DNA from: Microthrixaceae bacterium
GTDB lineage: Bacteria; Actinomycetota; Actinomycetes; Actinomycetales; Microbacteriaceae
Length of the DNA: 55,351 nucleotides
Assembly (NCBI GenBank): GCA_020439065.1
Contig: JAGQTK010000001.1
Location: forward strand, 1-55,351
Direction of reading: 5' to 3'
A model generated the notes under the pieces. The model was not told where the DNA came from. It was given only the letters and a program-made list of their open reading frames with translations, and made no database searches. The translations under genes were made by a program, and so were the position numbers. Shown piece after piece: positions 1 to 9,413 of the stretch; positions within the stretch are counted from its first letter, which is position 1; each line of letters begins with the position of its first letter.

Positions 1-650
1 TCGACGTCGACATCGCGCGCGGCACCATCACGGGCCTCCTCGGGCCGTCGGGGTGCGGAAAGACCACGCTGCTGCGCGCGATCGTCGGCGTGCAGCAGAC
101 CGCGTCGGGCACCGTGACGGTGCTCGGTGAACCGGCCGGCAGCGCATCGCTACGCCGTCGCGTCGCCTACGGCACGCAGGGATCGTCGGTGTACGCCGAC
201 CTCACCGTGCGGCAGAACCTGCGCTACGTCGCGCGGCTGCTCGGCGCTCCCGGCGGCGACGTCGATCGGGTGATCGTGCAGGTGGGTCTCACCGCGCAGG
301 CCGACCGGCTGGTCGCCTCGCTCTCGGGCGGGCAGCAGAACCGGGTGTCGCTCGCCCTGGCGATGCTCGGCAGCCCCGAACTGCTCGTGCTCGATGAGCC
401 GACCGTGGGGCTCGATCCGCTGTTGCGCGCAGAACTGTGGGATCTCTTCCGCGCGGTGGCCGACGCGGGGGCGACGCTCATCGTCTCGAGCCACGTGATG
501 GACGAGGCGCTGCGGTGCGATCGCCTGTTGCTGCTGCGCGCCGGGCGACTGATCGCCGACACGACGCCTGCGGGCCTGCTCTCGAGCACCGGCACCGCCG
601 ATCCCGATGCGGCGTTCCTCGAACTCATCCGACGGGACGGCGGCGCATGA
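1..650 (+). CDS. ABC transporter ATP-binding protein (5' end outside window)
   Basis: Frame open from position 3. Walker A GPSGCGKTT, signature LSGGQ, Walker B LLVLDEPT, H-loop SSH. Confidence 0.93.
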   Translation, partial: DVDIARGTITGLLGPSGCGKTTLLRAIVGVQQTASGTVTVLGEPAGSASLRRRVAYGTQGSSVYADLTVRQNLRYVARLLGAPGGDVDRVIVQVGLTAQADRLVASLSGGQQNRVSLALAMLGSPELLVLDEPTVGLDPLLRAELWDLFRAVADAGATLIVSSHVMDEALRCDRLLLLRAGRLIADTTPAGLLSSTGTADPDAAFLELIRRDGGA

Positions 651-1381
651 ACGCCGGTCGCACGCTGGCGACGGCGGGGCGCGTGCTGCGTCAGCTCGGC
701 CACGACCCCCGCTCGATCGCCCTCATGCTGGTGGCGCCGAGCCTGCTGGTCGGGCTGTTCGCCTGGCTCTTCAGCGAGCAAGACGGTGTCTTCGACCGCG
801 TCGGCGGGCCGATCCTGGCGCTGTTCCCCTTCGTGGTGATGTTCCTCGTGACCTCGATCACGACACTCCGCGAACGCCGTAGCGGCACTCTCGAACGGCT
901 CATGACCACGCCCCTCGGCAAGGGCGACTTCATCGGCGGGTACGCGCTCGCGTTCGGACTCATGGCCGTGCTGCAGGCGGTCATCACGGTGGCTTTCGCC
1001 GTGCTCGTGTGCGGTCTCGACGTGTCAGGTCCGGTGTGGCAACTGGGTCTCGTGGCCGTGCTCGACGCGCTCCTCGGCACGGCGCTCGGGCTGCTCGCGA
1101 GCGCGTTCGCACGAACCGAGTTCCAGGCGGTGCAGTTCATGCCCCTCCTGGTGTTCCCGCAGATCATCCTCGGCGGGCTGTTCATGCCGCGCGACCAGAT
1201 GCCGGGCGCGCTGCAGGCGATCAGCGATTGGCTGCCGCTGAGCTATGCGATCGACGCCGTCACCGCGGTGACCGCGGGCGACGACGGGTGGACCCTCTGG
1301 GGTCCGCTGCTGATCGTCGCGGCGTTCACCGTCGGCGCGCTCGTACTGGCATCGCTCACGCTGCGCCGCCGCACGCCCTGA
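647..1381 (+). CDS. ABC-2 type permease
   Basis: ATGA overlap with the ATPase gene; about 6 hydrophobic segments; RERRSGTLERLMTTP motif. Confidence 0.9.
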   Translation: MNAGRTLATAGRVLRQLGHDPRSIALMLVAPSLLVGLFAWLFSEQDGVFDRVGGPILALFPFVVMFLVTSITTLRERRSGTLERLMTTPLGKGDFIGGYALAFGLMAVLQAVITVAFAVLVCGLDVSGPVWQLGLVAVLDALLGTALGLLASAFARTEFQAVQFMPLLVFPQIILGGLFMPRDQMPGALQAISDWLPLSYAIDAVTAVTAGDDGWTLWGPLLIVAAFTVGALVLASLTLRRRTP

Positions 1382-1438
1382 TCGCCGTGCGTCCCGAGCG
1401 TCGCAGGCCCCGGCCCCGCAGGCGCGACCGCGGAGCGG

Positions 1439-1870
1439 TCAGCCGACGGCGCGGAGCTTCGCCGTCAGGGTCTGCAGGTCGCTGAGTTCGGCGTCGGACA
1501 GCACCGACATGCGCTCGGCGATCGAGCGGGCGTGCGCCGTCGCGACGCGGCGGAACGCCGCGAGTCCCTCGTCGGTCGCGCGCACGATCGCGCCGCGACC
1601 GTCGAGCGGATCGGGGCCCTTCTCGATGAGGCGTCGCGCGACCATGCGGTCGACGAGGCGTGACACGCTCGGCTGACTGATGAGCATGTTCGCCGTCACG
1701 TCGCGCAGTCGCGCCGCGTGGTCGTCGCCTCGGGTGACGGTCAGCAGCACGTCGTACTCGGCCTGCGTCAGGTCGTCGTCGCTGAAATCGCCGCTGATCT
1801 CGTGCAGAACCTCGTGCTGCGCGCGGAACAGGCTCTCCCACGCGGCGACGGCGAGGCGTCGGTCTGTCAT
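1439..1870 (-). CDS. MarR-family transcriptional regulator
   Basis: From MTDRRL; wHTH SQPSVSRLVDRM...DPLDGR; possibly leaderless. Confidence 0.88.
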   Translation of the reverse strand: MTDRRLAVAAWESLFRAQHEVLHEISGDFSDDDLTQAEYDVLLTVTRGDDHAARLRDVTANMLISQPSVSRLVDRMVARRLIEKGPDPLDGRGAIVRATDEGLAAFRRVATAHARSIAERMSVLSDAELSDLQTLTAKLRAVG

Positions 1871-1945
1871 GGCCTCAACATTAGTGCGGCTTTCATGCGG
1901 CGACGGTGACGCACCGCACCGCGCCACGTGTGGGAAGGTGGGGGC

Positions 1946-3814
1946 ATGAATCGCATGCGCGCGATCGCGATGGCTGTGGTCGCGGGGGCGCTGGGCGCGC
2001 TGATGCTGGCGGGTCTTTTTGCGGCACAGGCATCCACGGCGCCGTCCACCTCGGAAGAGCCGGTCGCCGCCGCCGCCGCGCGAGAGCCCGCGGCCGTCGC
2101 CGCGGTGCCGTCCGGGCTCGACGACTTCACGTTCGACTCGTTCGATGCCGATTACACCCTCACCCGCGCCGACGACGGCACGAGCCGGCTGCGCGTGGTC
2201 GAGACGATCGTGGCGGTCTTTCCCGAGACCGACCAGAATCATGGCATCCGCCGGGCGATGCCCGACACCTTCAAAGACCAGCCCCTGCGCGCGCACCTCG
2301 AGTCGATCACCGACGAGAACGGCACCCCGCGGCCATCCGAGATCGAAGACGTCGACGGAGAGTTCTCGGTGGTCTCTCGCGCCGACGGGTATGTGCACGG
2401 GCGGCAGACCTACGTCATCACCTACACGCTGCAGAACGTCACGTTCGACTATCCCGACTCGGGCCTGGAGTTCTTCTGGGATGTCAACGGCGTCGGCTGG
2501 GCGCAGCCGTTCGGCTCCGTGACCGCGCGCCTGCACCTCGACCCCGAACTGGCGGGGGCGCTCACCGGTCGGATGGCGTGCTTCCAGGGGTATCAGGGCG
2601 CGACGGATGCCTGCGGTCAGATCGCGCGCGCCGACGAGGGCTCAGGCGGTGCGGTGATCACGGCGACGGCCCAGTCTCTCGCGCCGTACCAGACCCTGAC
2701 GATGGCGGTCGGATTCGCGCCGGGCACGTTCGCGGCGTTCGACGGTTCGTACTTCGCGTCGCCGTTCGGGTGGCTGCAGGTGCTCGCCGGGCTGGGCGTG
2801 GTCGGCGGCGCGGTGCTGGCGGTGCGGGCACGGCGCCGGCCGCTCGCCGATGAGCCCGGGCGCCCGACGATCATCGCCGAGTACGACCCGCCCGCGGCGG
2901 TCGACGCGCTCGAGAGCGCCGTGCTGCTCGGGCGCAAGAACAAGGCGATCCCCGCCGAGGTGCTCGAGCAGTCGGTGGTCGGGTCGATCCGCATTCTCGA
3001 GAGCGAGGGCGGGTGGTTCTCGAGGCCCAAGCTCACCGCCGAGCTGGTCGACCCGGCACGGGCCGACGGCGACGGACGCATGCTGCTCGACGGGCTCTTT
3101 CCGACCGGACAGCCGGGCGAGCAATACACCTTCGGCCGGCAAGACTCCCGGTTCTCGTCGGCGGCGCAGGGGATCCTCGCGGCCGCAGACCGCGAGCTCA
3201 CCACGCGCGGGGTGCGCCGCACGGTGCCGCGCGGCACGCGGCTATGGCCCGTGCTGCTGACGGCGCTCTCCGCGGTACTCGTCTTCGTCTTCGGCTCGGC
3301 GGCGGTCGATCGGGGCGTGCACGGGTTCGGGCCGCTCGCGCTGATCGTGGCATCCGCGATCTTGGTCGTCACGGTGCTGCGTCTGGTGTCGCGCCGGCCG
3401 CTGAGCGCGCTCGGCGCCGACACGCGCGACCATCTGCGCGGGCTCGAAGAGTTCATCGGCTGGGCCGAGGCCGACCGCATCCGCATGCTGCAGTCGCCGT
3501 CGGGTGCCGAGCGGGTGCCGGTCGACGTGAACGACCCGCGCCAGAAGCTCGACCTGTACGAGAAGCTGCTTCCGTACGCCGTCGTGTTCGGGCAAGAGAA
3601 GGAATGGTCGCGCCAGCTCGCGGTGCTCTACACCACCGTCGGGGCGAGCGGACCGTACTGGTTCGCGGGCACCGGGGGCTTCGATGCGTCGTCGTTCTCG
3701 GCGGGCATCGGCTCGCTGTCGTCGGCCGCCTCGTCATCGTCGTCGACGGGCGGCACGGGTGGGGGCGGCTCGGCCGGCGGTGGTGGCGGTGGCGGAGGTG
3801 GCGGCGGCGTCTGA
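1946..3814 (+). CDS. DUF2207-family membrane protein
   Basis: Signal/TM N-terminus, FFWDVNG, YEKLLPYAVVFG and a Gly/Ser-rich C-terminal tail typical of DUF2207. Confidence 0.85.
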   Translation: MNRMRAIAMAVVAGALGALMLAGLFAAQASTAPSTSEEPVAAAAAREPAAVAAVPSGLDDFTFDSFDADYTLTRADDGTSRLRVVETIVAVFPETDQNHGIRRAMPDTFKDQPLRAHLESITDENGTPRPSEIEDVDGEFSVVSRADGYVHGRQTYVITYTLQNVTFDYPDSGLEFFWDVNGVGWAQPFGSVTARLHLDPELAGALTGRMACFQGYQGATDACGQIARADEGSGGAVITATAQSLAPYQTLTMAVGFAPGTFAAFDGSYFASPFGWLQVLAGLGVVGGAVLAVRARRRPLADEPGRPTIIAEYDPPAAVDALESAVLLGRKNKAIPAEVLEQSVVGSIRILESEGGWFSRPKLTAELVDPARADGDGRMLLDGLFPTGQPGEQYTFGRQDSRFSSAAQGILAAADRELTTRGVRRTVPRGTRLWPVLLTALSAVLVFVFGSAAVDRGVHGFGPLALIVASAILVVTVLRLVSRRPLSALGADTRDHLRGLEEFIGWAEADRIRMLQSPSGAERVPVDVNDPRQKLDLYEKLLPYAVVFGQEKEWSRQLAVLYTTVGASGPYWFAGTGGFDASSFSAGIGSLSSAASSSSSTGGTGGGGSAGGGGGGGGGGGV

Positions 3815-3883
3815 CGGGTGGATGCCTCGCGGCGTGGCAAGTTCGCGTCGGTGGGCCGCCCCGGGCGTGCGCCTCGGGGGCGC

Positions 3884-4207
3884 TCAGGCGCCGGCGAGCC
3901 CTGCGCCGGGTTCGAGGATCTCGCGGAGCGTCGCGAGGTCGATCGCCGTGTCGCCGTCGTCATCGTGTTCGGTGAGCGTGAAGGCGAGCCCGTGCTCGGT
4001 GAGGAAGGCGATCGTCTTCTCGAGGCGCGGTACCGCGGTGATGTGCTCGCGCCCGAACAGTGCGGCGGTGTACAGCGGCTCGCCGGCGAGGATGGCGCGC
4101 CGCAGCTCGGGGGTGGAGCGATCCGTGATGCGGTAGAGCGCCTGCAGCGGCGCGCTCGGCAGATCGGGCGCGCCGTCGAGGGTGAGGGAGATCGAGAGGT
4201 CGCTCAT
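3884..4207 (-). CDS. hypothetical protein (107 aa)
   Basis: Protein-like composition, host-like codon usage, fills the gap between flanking features. Confidence 0.65.
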   Translation of the reverse strand: MSDLSISLTLDGAPDLPSAPLQALYRITDRSTPELRRAILAGEPLYTAALFGREHITAVPRLEKTIAFLTEHGLAFTLTEHDDDGDTAIDLATLREILEPGAGLAGA

Positions 4208-4242
4208 GCGTTCAGTTCACCACAGACCGGGCGGAGACGAAG

Positions 4243-4346
4243 TGAGGGCCGGTCGGAGAGGCTTCCGACCGGCCCTTGTCCCTTTGCACCAAGAGTGTCC
4301 TGCAATCACATGTCCGGGAGCCGTCACAGCGAAAGACTTCCGACAC
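4243..4346 (-). ncRNA. putative ~100-nt structured small RNA or 5' leader of the 3884-4207 gene
   Basis: Minus-strand -10 TAGAGT (4352-4357); imperfect 5' stem (4310-4346); perfect 13-bp 3' stem AGGGCCGGTCGGA/TCCGACCGGCCCT (4245-4276). No family recognised. Confidence 0.5.
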
Positions 4347-4366
4347 GAAGCACTCTATAACAGTCC

Positions 4367-4395
4367 GATAACGAAGGGAAGGGTTTTTCGTTATC
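4367..4395. promoter_or_regulatory. inverted repeat GATAACGAA-N11-TTCGTTATC (operator and/or transposon target site)
   Basis: Perfect 9-bp arms overlapping the putative promoter; ends 17 bp before the transposon target duplication. Confidence 0.5.
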
Positions 4396-4417
4396 TCGTT
4401 GTGATCGCTCGTCTTGT

Positions 4418-4500
4418 TGTCCTGTCTCACCGGATCTGTAGAAATCTCATCTACCTGTAGAACGTCTCATCGGAGTTGTAGATTCTCACCCGAGTTGTAG
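4418..4500 (+). repeat. tnsA-proximal transposon end with four contiguous TnsB-type binding sites
   Basis: TCTCACCGGATCTGTAG (4425), TCTCATCTACCTGTAG (4445), TCTCATCGGAGTTGTAG (4465), TCTCACCCGAGTTGTAG (4484); about 20-bp spacing. Confidence 0.88.
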
Positions 4501-4611
4501 CTCGGCGGCGTGTTGTCGGTTCCGCGCCAGACAGCGGAGTAACTTTCGCGTCAAGTCAGGACCCGCACCGCGGAACACCTCCGCGGACTCCGGGGCCGAA
4601 CGGAGTCCGCA

Positions 4612-5355
4612 ATGACGCTGACAACCAACTGGCTTCAGGCGATCGATGGAACGAACGCCCTGGCGGCCACAATTCGATACTCGCTTCACGGGTTCGCTCG
4701 AGAATTGACACCGGCGGACGCTGGGGCGATCGCCTTCGAAGAGACGGCACCCGTCCGGAAATTCCCGGACTACCCACACAAGCGCAACGTTGAAGGCCGC
4801 TTCTGGCTCGCCTCGACGGGCCAGCACGTGCCCTTCGAGTCGTTCTGGGAGCGGGCGTTCCTGATGAGTCTCGATCGAACCCGGAGTGCGGAGGCGGTGT
4901 CGAGTCAGCCCATGTGGATTCATTGGCGCAGCCCGAAACGCCGCCATGCCCCCGACTACTTCGTTCGTCGCAAGGACGGCAGCGCGCTGCTTGTCGACGT
5001 CAGGGAGAGGTCAGACATCGAACCGGAGGATGCCGCAAAGTTCGAGCTCACCCGGAGGATGGCAGCTGCTCTCGGATGGGACTACCTCGTTTTCGACGAT
5101 CTACCCGGAGCGACCCAACAGAACCTGAGGTTTCTGCTGCGCTACCGTGACCCCCAGTGGCTCGAGGGCGTGGTTCTGGACGACCTGCCGGATTCTGGAA
5201 CGATTCGACTCGTCGACCTCGTCGCCCTCTTGGGAGACGTGAAGAACAGCGCACTTGGAGCGGCATACGCCCTTATATGGTCCGACGTCGCTCGATGCGA
5301 TCTCAGCCGTCCGCTGAGCATGTCCGCCACGGTCCGATTCGGGGTAGACCGATGA
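4612..5355 (+). CDS. tnsA: TnsA-like heteromeric transposase endonuclease subunit
   Basis: FESFWE, SQP and HAPDYF...LLVDVR PD-(D/E)xK-type motifs; first gene of the tns operon. Confidence 0.88.
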   Translation: MTLTTNWLQAIDGTNALAATIRYSLHGFARELTPADAGAIAFEETAPVRKFPDYPHKRNVEGRFWLASTGQHVPFESFWERAFLMSLDRTRSAEAVSSQPMWIHWRSPKRRHAPDYFVRRKDGSALLVDVRERSDIEPEDAAKFELTRRMAAALGWDYLVFDDLPGATQQNLRFLLRYRDPQWLEGVVLDDLPDSGTIRLVDLVALLGDVKNSALGAAYALIWSDVARCDLSRPLSMSATVRFGVDR

Positions 5356-7364
5356 TCGTCCATCCTGGCGACGTGGTGAGATGGAAGGACGAGGACCTGC
5401 AAGTCGTCGCTGTTCGGGCGACCTACACCACGCTGCGCAACGCAGAGATGGGCGAGGATCTCGAAGTGCTGAACGCCGATCTCGCTGAACGCGGCGAGCC
5501 GGCAACAGTGAGGTCGACGACCGACGTTTTGGATTTGGGCGTCCTTGACGAGCTCCCGCCCGCCGACCGCAGAGTCGTGGATGTCTGGCTCGAAGAGCTC
5601 GATCGACTCGCAGACCTCCTCGAAGGTGGGATGAAGAAGACGCCCGCCCACCAGGTGACCGTTGACCATGTGAATCGGCGACTTGGTACGGACTACAACG
5701 CGATAAAGGTGACGCGGCAGCTCGCCGCTCTCGACGAGTTCGGAGTCGCCGGGCTTCTCGATCGACGCCGATTCGGGATGGCGGACAGGCCCCGGTCGAC
5801 ACAGGATCCGCGTCTCATCGAAGCGATCGTCTCTGCGATGGATGGACAGACTCGAGCCTCAACCGGCACGGCAGACCGTCTGATCTGGATCGTGGAGCGG
5901 GACCTCGAGACCCGATACGGCAAAGGCGCGGTCGAGGTGCCGAGCAGGTCGACGATCTATCGCCTGATGGAACGCTTGGAAGCCGGACGGCACACATTCG
6001 GAACGGCGCGTACGCGCAGGACGACGGCAAACCAACCCAGCCACGTCTTCGGCAGTCGAACCGGTATGCGCCCCGGCGAGCAGGTACTGATCGACACGAC
6101 GCCGATGGAGATCCTCGTCGACTGCGACGGGGAGCAGGTACGTCCTGACCTCACGATCCTGCTCGACGAGTGCTCGCGAAGTGTTCCGGGGGCGATCGTG
6201 ACGATCGGCACGCGCAGCATCGATCTCGTTGTCCTGCTCGCCCGCGCTCTCGTCCCGTACGCCTACCGGCCCGAGGGCGTTCGCGCCAACCGTCGAAACA
6301 TCGCCCAAGCCTGGGTGGGAGACGACGCCCTCATTGCGCAACGCTTCGAGGACGCACGCGACGCGCAACAGTACATCTTCCCCGAGACCATCACCACAGA
6401 CCGAGGAGCATCCTATGTGTCGAGACACTTCACCGATGCATGTCGCACACTCGGCATCTCCCTGAACCTCGCGGCGGCATACACGCCTACTCAAAAGGCA
6501 AAGATCGAGCGCATGTTCCGCACGATCAAGAACCGCTTCACGCAGTACGTGGTCTCTTTTCTCGGCGAAAGCGCCGACATGCGCGGCGACGAGAGGTTCC
6601 CGACCGACCGGCTGCTCACGCTCGAACAACTGCAGGAGCTCCTCGAAGACTGGATCGCGGCAATCTGGCAGAACCGCCCCCACGGCTCGCTACGGGACCC
6701 ACGCCACCCGAAGTTCAAGCTCAGCCCGAATCAGATGGTGAGCGCATACCGGCAAGCCGTCCCCGAGCTGCTGATCCCACTCACCGCCGATCACTACATC
6801 GCACTGCTCCCAAAGAAATGGCGTGGAATCCATCACTACGGAGTGAACCTCGACCTCCGACGATACGACTCCGAAGCGCTGGGCACCCTGCGCAACAAGC
6901 GATCGCCTGATCGCCGGCACGCGGGTCAATGGCCGATTCACGTCGATCCATACAACCCCATGATCGTCTGGCTCCAACTCGAAGACGAGTTCATCCCCCT
7001 CAGCTGGCGATCCCCGTACTCGAATATGCCGATGGCCGATGAGATCTGGCGAATCGCACGCGCACAAGCCGCAGCGCGCGGTGAGGAAGCCCCGACGAAT
7101 GACGACCTGAACGAGGTCCTCCGCCGCTTCATGAGCACCGGCAACAAGTCCCTTACCTCACGCGATCGCAAGCGCGCGAAGTCGAACATGACAGACCCGC
7201 TCGGGATCACCAACCAGCTGGCGACGCTCTCCCCAGCATCTACGGACTCGGAGCGAGAGATCGCGCCGACCAGCAGCGACGACTCGACCGAAGAGGCTGG
7301 TGCATCCAGCTGGCCGGTGGCGCCTCCGTTCGGGCTCACGCGTCAAGCGGAAGGAACTGAGTGA
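5352..7364 (+). CDS. tnsB: TnsB-like DDE transposase (Mu-type C-terminal domain)
   Basis: ATGA overlap with tnsA; HTH PSRSTIYR; catalytic motifs LIDTT / TDRG / KIERMF; WQNRPH. Confidence 0.92.
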   Translation: MIVHPGDVVRWKDEDLQVVAVRATYTTLRNAEMGEDLEVLNADLAERGEPATVRSTTDVLDLGVLDELPPADRRVVDVWLEELDRLADLLEGGMKKTPAHQVTVDHVNRRLGTDYNAIKVTRQLAALDEFGVAGLLDRRRFGMADRPRSTQDPRLIEAIVSAMDGQTRASTGTADRLIWIVERDLETRYGKGAVEVPSRSTIYRLMERLEAGRHTFGTARTRRTTANQPSHVFGSRTGMRPGEQVLIDTTPMEILVDCDGEQVRPDLTILLDECSRSVPGAIVTIGTRSIDLVVLLARALVPYAYRPEGVRANRRNIAQAWVGDDALIAQRFEDARDAQQYIFPETITTDRGASYVSRHFTDACRTLGISLNLAAAYTPTQKAKIERMFRTIKNRFTQYVVSFLGESADMRGDERFPTDRLLTLEQLQELLEDWIAAIWQNRPHGSLRDPRHPKFKLSPNQMVSAYRQAVPELLIPLTADHYIALLPKKWRGIHHYGVNLDLRRYDSEALGTLRNKRSPDRRHAGQWPIHVDPYNPMIVWLQLEDEFIPLSWRSPYSNMPMADEIWRIARAQAAARGEEAPTNDDLNEVLRRFMSTGNKSLTSRDRKRAKSNMTDPLGITNQLATLSPASTDSEREIAPTSSDDSTEEAGASSWPVAPPFGLTRQAEGTE

Positions 7365-8455
7365 TGTTCGACGATCTGCTCGCCCAGTTCGACTTCGATG
7401 CCCCGACCGTGAACTTCGACTACACGACGAAGGAAGGATGGCGAGAGTTCGTCGAGTTCGATGCTCCACGACCCGCGCCTTGCACCATGAGCGAGTACGA
7501 AGCGATGGCCTCATCGGATCGATCCATCTACAACATCGCTCGCGAGCGCTTCATGTCAGTGGGTGCCCGTATCGCCACACCCTCACTTCGGAGATTCGTT
7601 GCGGCAGCCAGCAGCGCGATGGCCGACAATCGCTCGCCCGACGCGAGCAAATCCGGCGTCGTCATCTCCGGACGACCCAGCACGGGGAAGACGACGGCCG
7701 TCCAAGAATTCGGGCGAGCATATGAACGAGCTCGGCGAGAACGGGCAGGTACTCGAAGAAAGGACCTGATCCCCGTCGCTTTCGCTCAGGTGCCCACGCA
7801 CGCGACCGAGAAGACGATGATGAAAAAGCTTGCGGAGTTCTACGCGCTTCCGTTCTCTCAGACAGCATCGTACGAAACGCTGCTGGGGCGGGTGAGTAAC
7901 GTGATGCGAGCCTGTGAGACCGAGATCGTCATCATCGACGACATCCATCGCCTCGATCTGCGCTATCGCGCGAGCGAACAAGCGGCGGACGCGCTCAAGG
8001 AACTCTCGGAACGCTGCCCCGGAACGATGATCTACGCCGGAGTCAACGTCGCGCAGAACGGGCTCTTCTGGGGGTCGCGGGGAGAACAGATCATGGCCAG
8101 ATTCGAGACTGTCCAGTTCGACGAATATGACGTCGCAACAAACGAGGGAGCTGCGGTCTGGGGACGAGTCCTCACTGAACTTGAAGACTCGCTCTGTCTC
8201 ATCCGTCAGCATGAAGGCGACATTCTGAAGATTGCCGCGGAGCTTCGCGAAATCTCACGAGGATCGCTGGGACGCATGGCCAAGGCGATTCGCCGTTGCG
8301 CTCGCGATGCGATTCGTGATCGTTCCGAACAACTCGACCTGGACCATCTCCTGGTGGTTCTCGAGACGATACGGCGACTCGAAGATCGCGTAGCCGACGA
8401 AGCGGCACAGAGCACACGACGACCACGAGGGCGACGGGTGAAGGCTGGCCGATGA
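7361..8455 (+). CDS. tnsC: TnsC/TniB-like AAA+ ATPase
   Basis: Walker A GRPSTGKT, Walker B IIIDDIH; overlaps the tnsB stop. Confidence 0.9.
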   Translation: MMFDDLLAQFDFDAPTVNFDYTTKEGWREFVEFDAPRPAPCTMSEYEAMASSDRSIYNIARERFMSVGARIATPSLRRFVAAASSAMADNRSPDASKSGVVISGRPSTGKTTAVQEFGRAYERARRERAGTRRKDLIPVAFAQVPTHATEKTMMKKLAEFYALPFSQTASYETLLGRVSNVMRACETEIVIIDDIHRLDLRYRASEQAADALKELSERCPGTMIYAGVNVAQNGLFWGSRGEQIMARFETVQFDEYDVATNEGAAVWGRVLTELEDSLCLIRQHEGDILKIAAELREISRGSLGRMAKAIRRCARDAIRDRSEQLDLDHLLVVLETIRRLEDRVADEAAQSTRRPRGRRVKAGR

Positions 8456-9408
8456 GAGTGCTGCCGGCGACGGTCAGTCCGTTCCCGGGCGAAACCGTGC
8501 GGAGCCTTTACAACAGGCTCGTCGAACGCAACTCCCTGACGGCCGGAGAACTCTGGACCGCCATCCGCAAGTCGAAGCAGGGGCTTCCGTTGCGGACAAC
8601 GCCGGAGGCCGCCCCGGACGTGGTCGCGCAACTCGACGATCTGCCAGCGAACTGGTTCGACCGAGACGACACCACCCACCGACTCTTCAGCCGCTGCATC
8701 CACAACAACTGGGCCCGCGCGCAATGCCCGCGCTGTTCCCCGCTTCCCAAGCCGGTCACGATGTGTCGGCGGTGCTCGAGCGGGATGAACGTCGAGGTCC
8801 AATCTCGGGCCGGCGCCTTCTGCGCACGCCATAAGCGTTGGCACCGTGACGGACGCGACGAGGCGATCAGGATCCCCGTCGTATATGCCCGAGCAGAAAG
8901 ATGCCTCACCGGAACTCTATGGGCGCGTGGGATCGGCCTCGACACGGGCGAGATCGAGCTCGCCGGCGAAATCATCTCGACCTACCGTGAACTCGTCGAC
9001 GACGCTCTCTCCATCGGCGGCGCCGAGCAGCACATGCGTGACTTCTATCCTGAGGCTGTCGAACTGACCGCATTCCTCACGGCGCCTTCGATGCAGGCGT
9101 TCCTTCGCAACAGACAGATCGGGCACCTTCCCGTCGCCGCGATGGTCGAGGCAGCTGCGACGGCAGTCGCGTCGCGATCGCGGAACCAACTCGGCTCCGT
9201 GAATGAAATGTTCCAGGCCTCCGGCCGTGAACTACGACTCGGTGATTCAGCAACCAAGCCCCTGCGGCACGGGCGATCCCTTGAGATGGGGGCACTCGGC
9301 GTCCTGATCCGTGACAATGTCCCTCGCATTCGAGCGGTCTTTCTGCGCCACGACGACGCTCGTCGTCTATTGCCGACATTGCGCGACCAACCTTCACGCC
9401 ATCGATAG
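8452..9408 (+). CDS. tniQ: TniQ-like target selector 1
   Basis: N-terminal LPATVSPFPGETVRSLYNRL; Cys/His clusters CIH, CPRC, CRRC, CARH; follows tnsC. Confidence 0.75.
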   Translation: MRVLPATVSPFPGETVRSLYNRLVERNSLTAGELWTAIRKSKQGLPLRTTPEAAPDVVAQLDDLPANWFDRDDTTHRLFSRCIHNNWARAQCPRCSPLPKPVTMCRRCSSGMNVEVQSRAGAFCARHKRWHRDGRDEAIRIPVVYARAERCLTGTLWARGIGLDTGEIELAGEIISTYRELVDDALSIGGAEQHMRDFYPEAVELTAFLTAPSMQAFLRNRQIGHLPVAAMVEAAATAVASRSRNQLGSVNEMFQASGRELRLGDSATKPLRHGRSLEMGALGVLIRDNVPRIRAVFLRHDDARRLLPTLRDQPSRHR

Positions 9409-9413
9409 ACGCG

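Noticed and set aside
4415-4417. Alternative element start at TGTTGT (4415)
   Set aside because: It gives no target duplication, whereas a start at 4418 gives CTTGT on both sides.
4425-4500. Four ~20-bp tandem repeats as a mini CRISPR array
   Set aside because: They have no unique spacers, occur inverted at the far ends and sit inside a TGT terminus, so they are TnsB-type binding sites.
5157-5351. N-terminal extension of TnsB in the ORF track
   Set aside because: It overlaps tnsA; the ATGA coupling at 5352 is the more plausible start.
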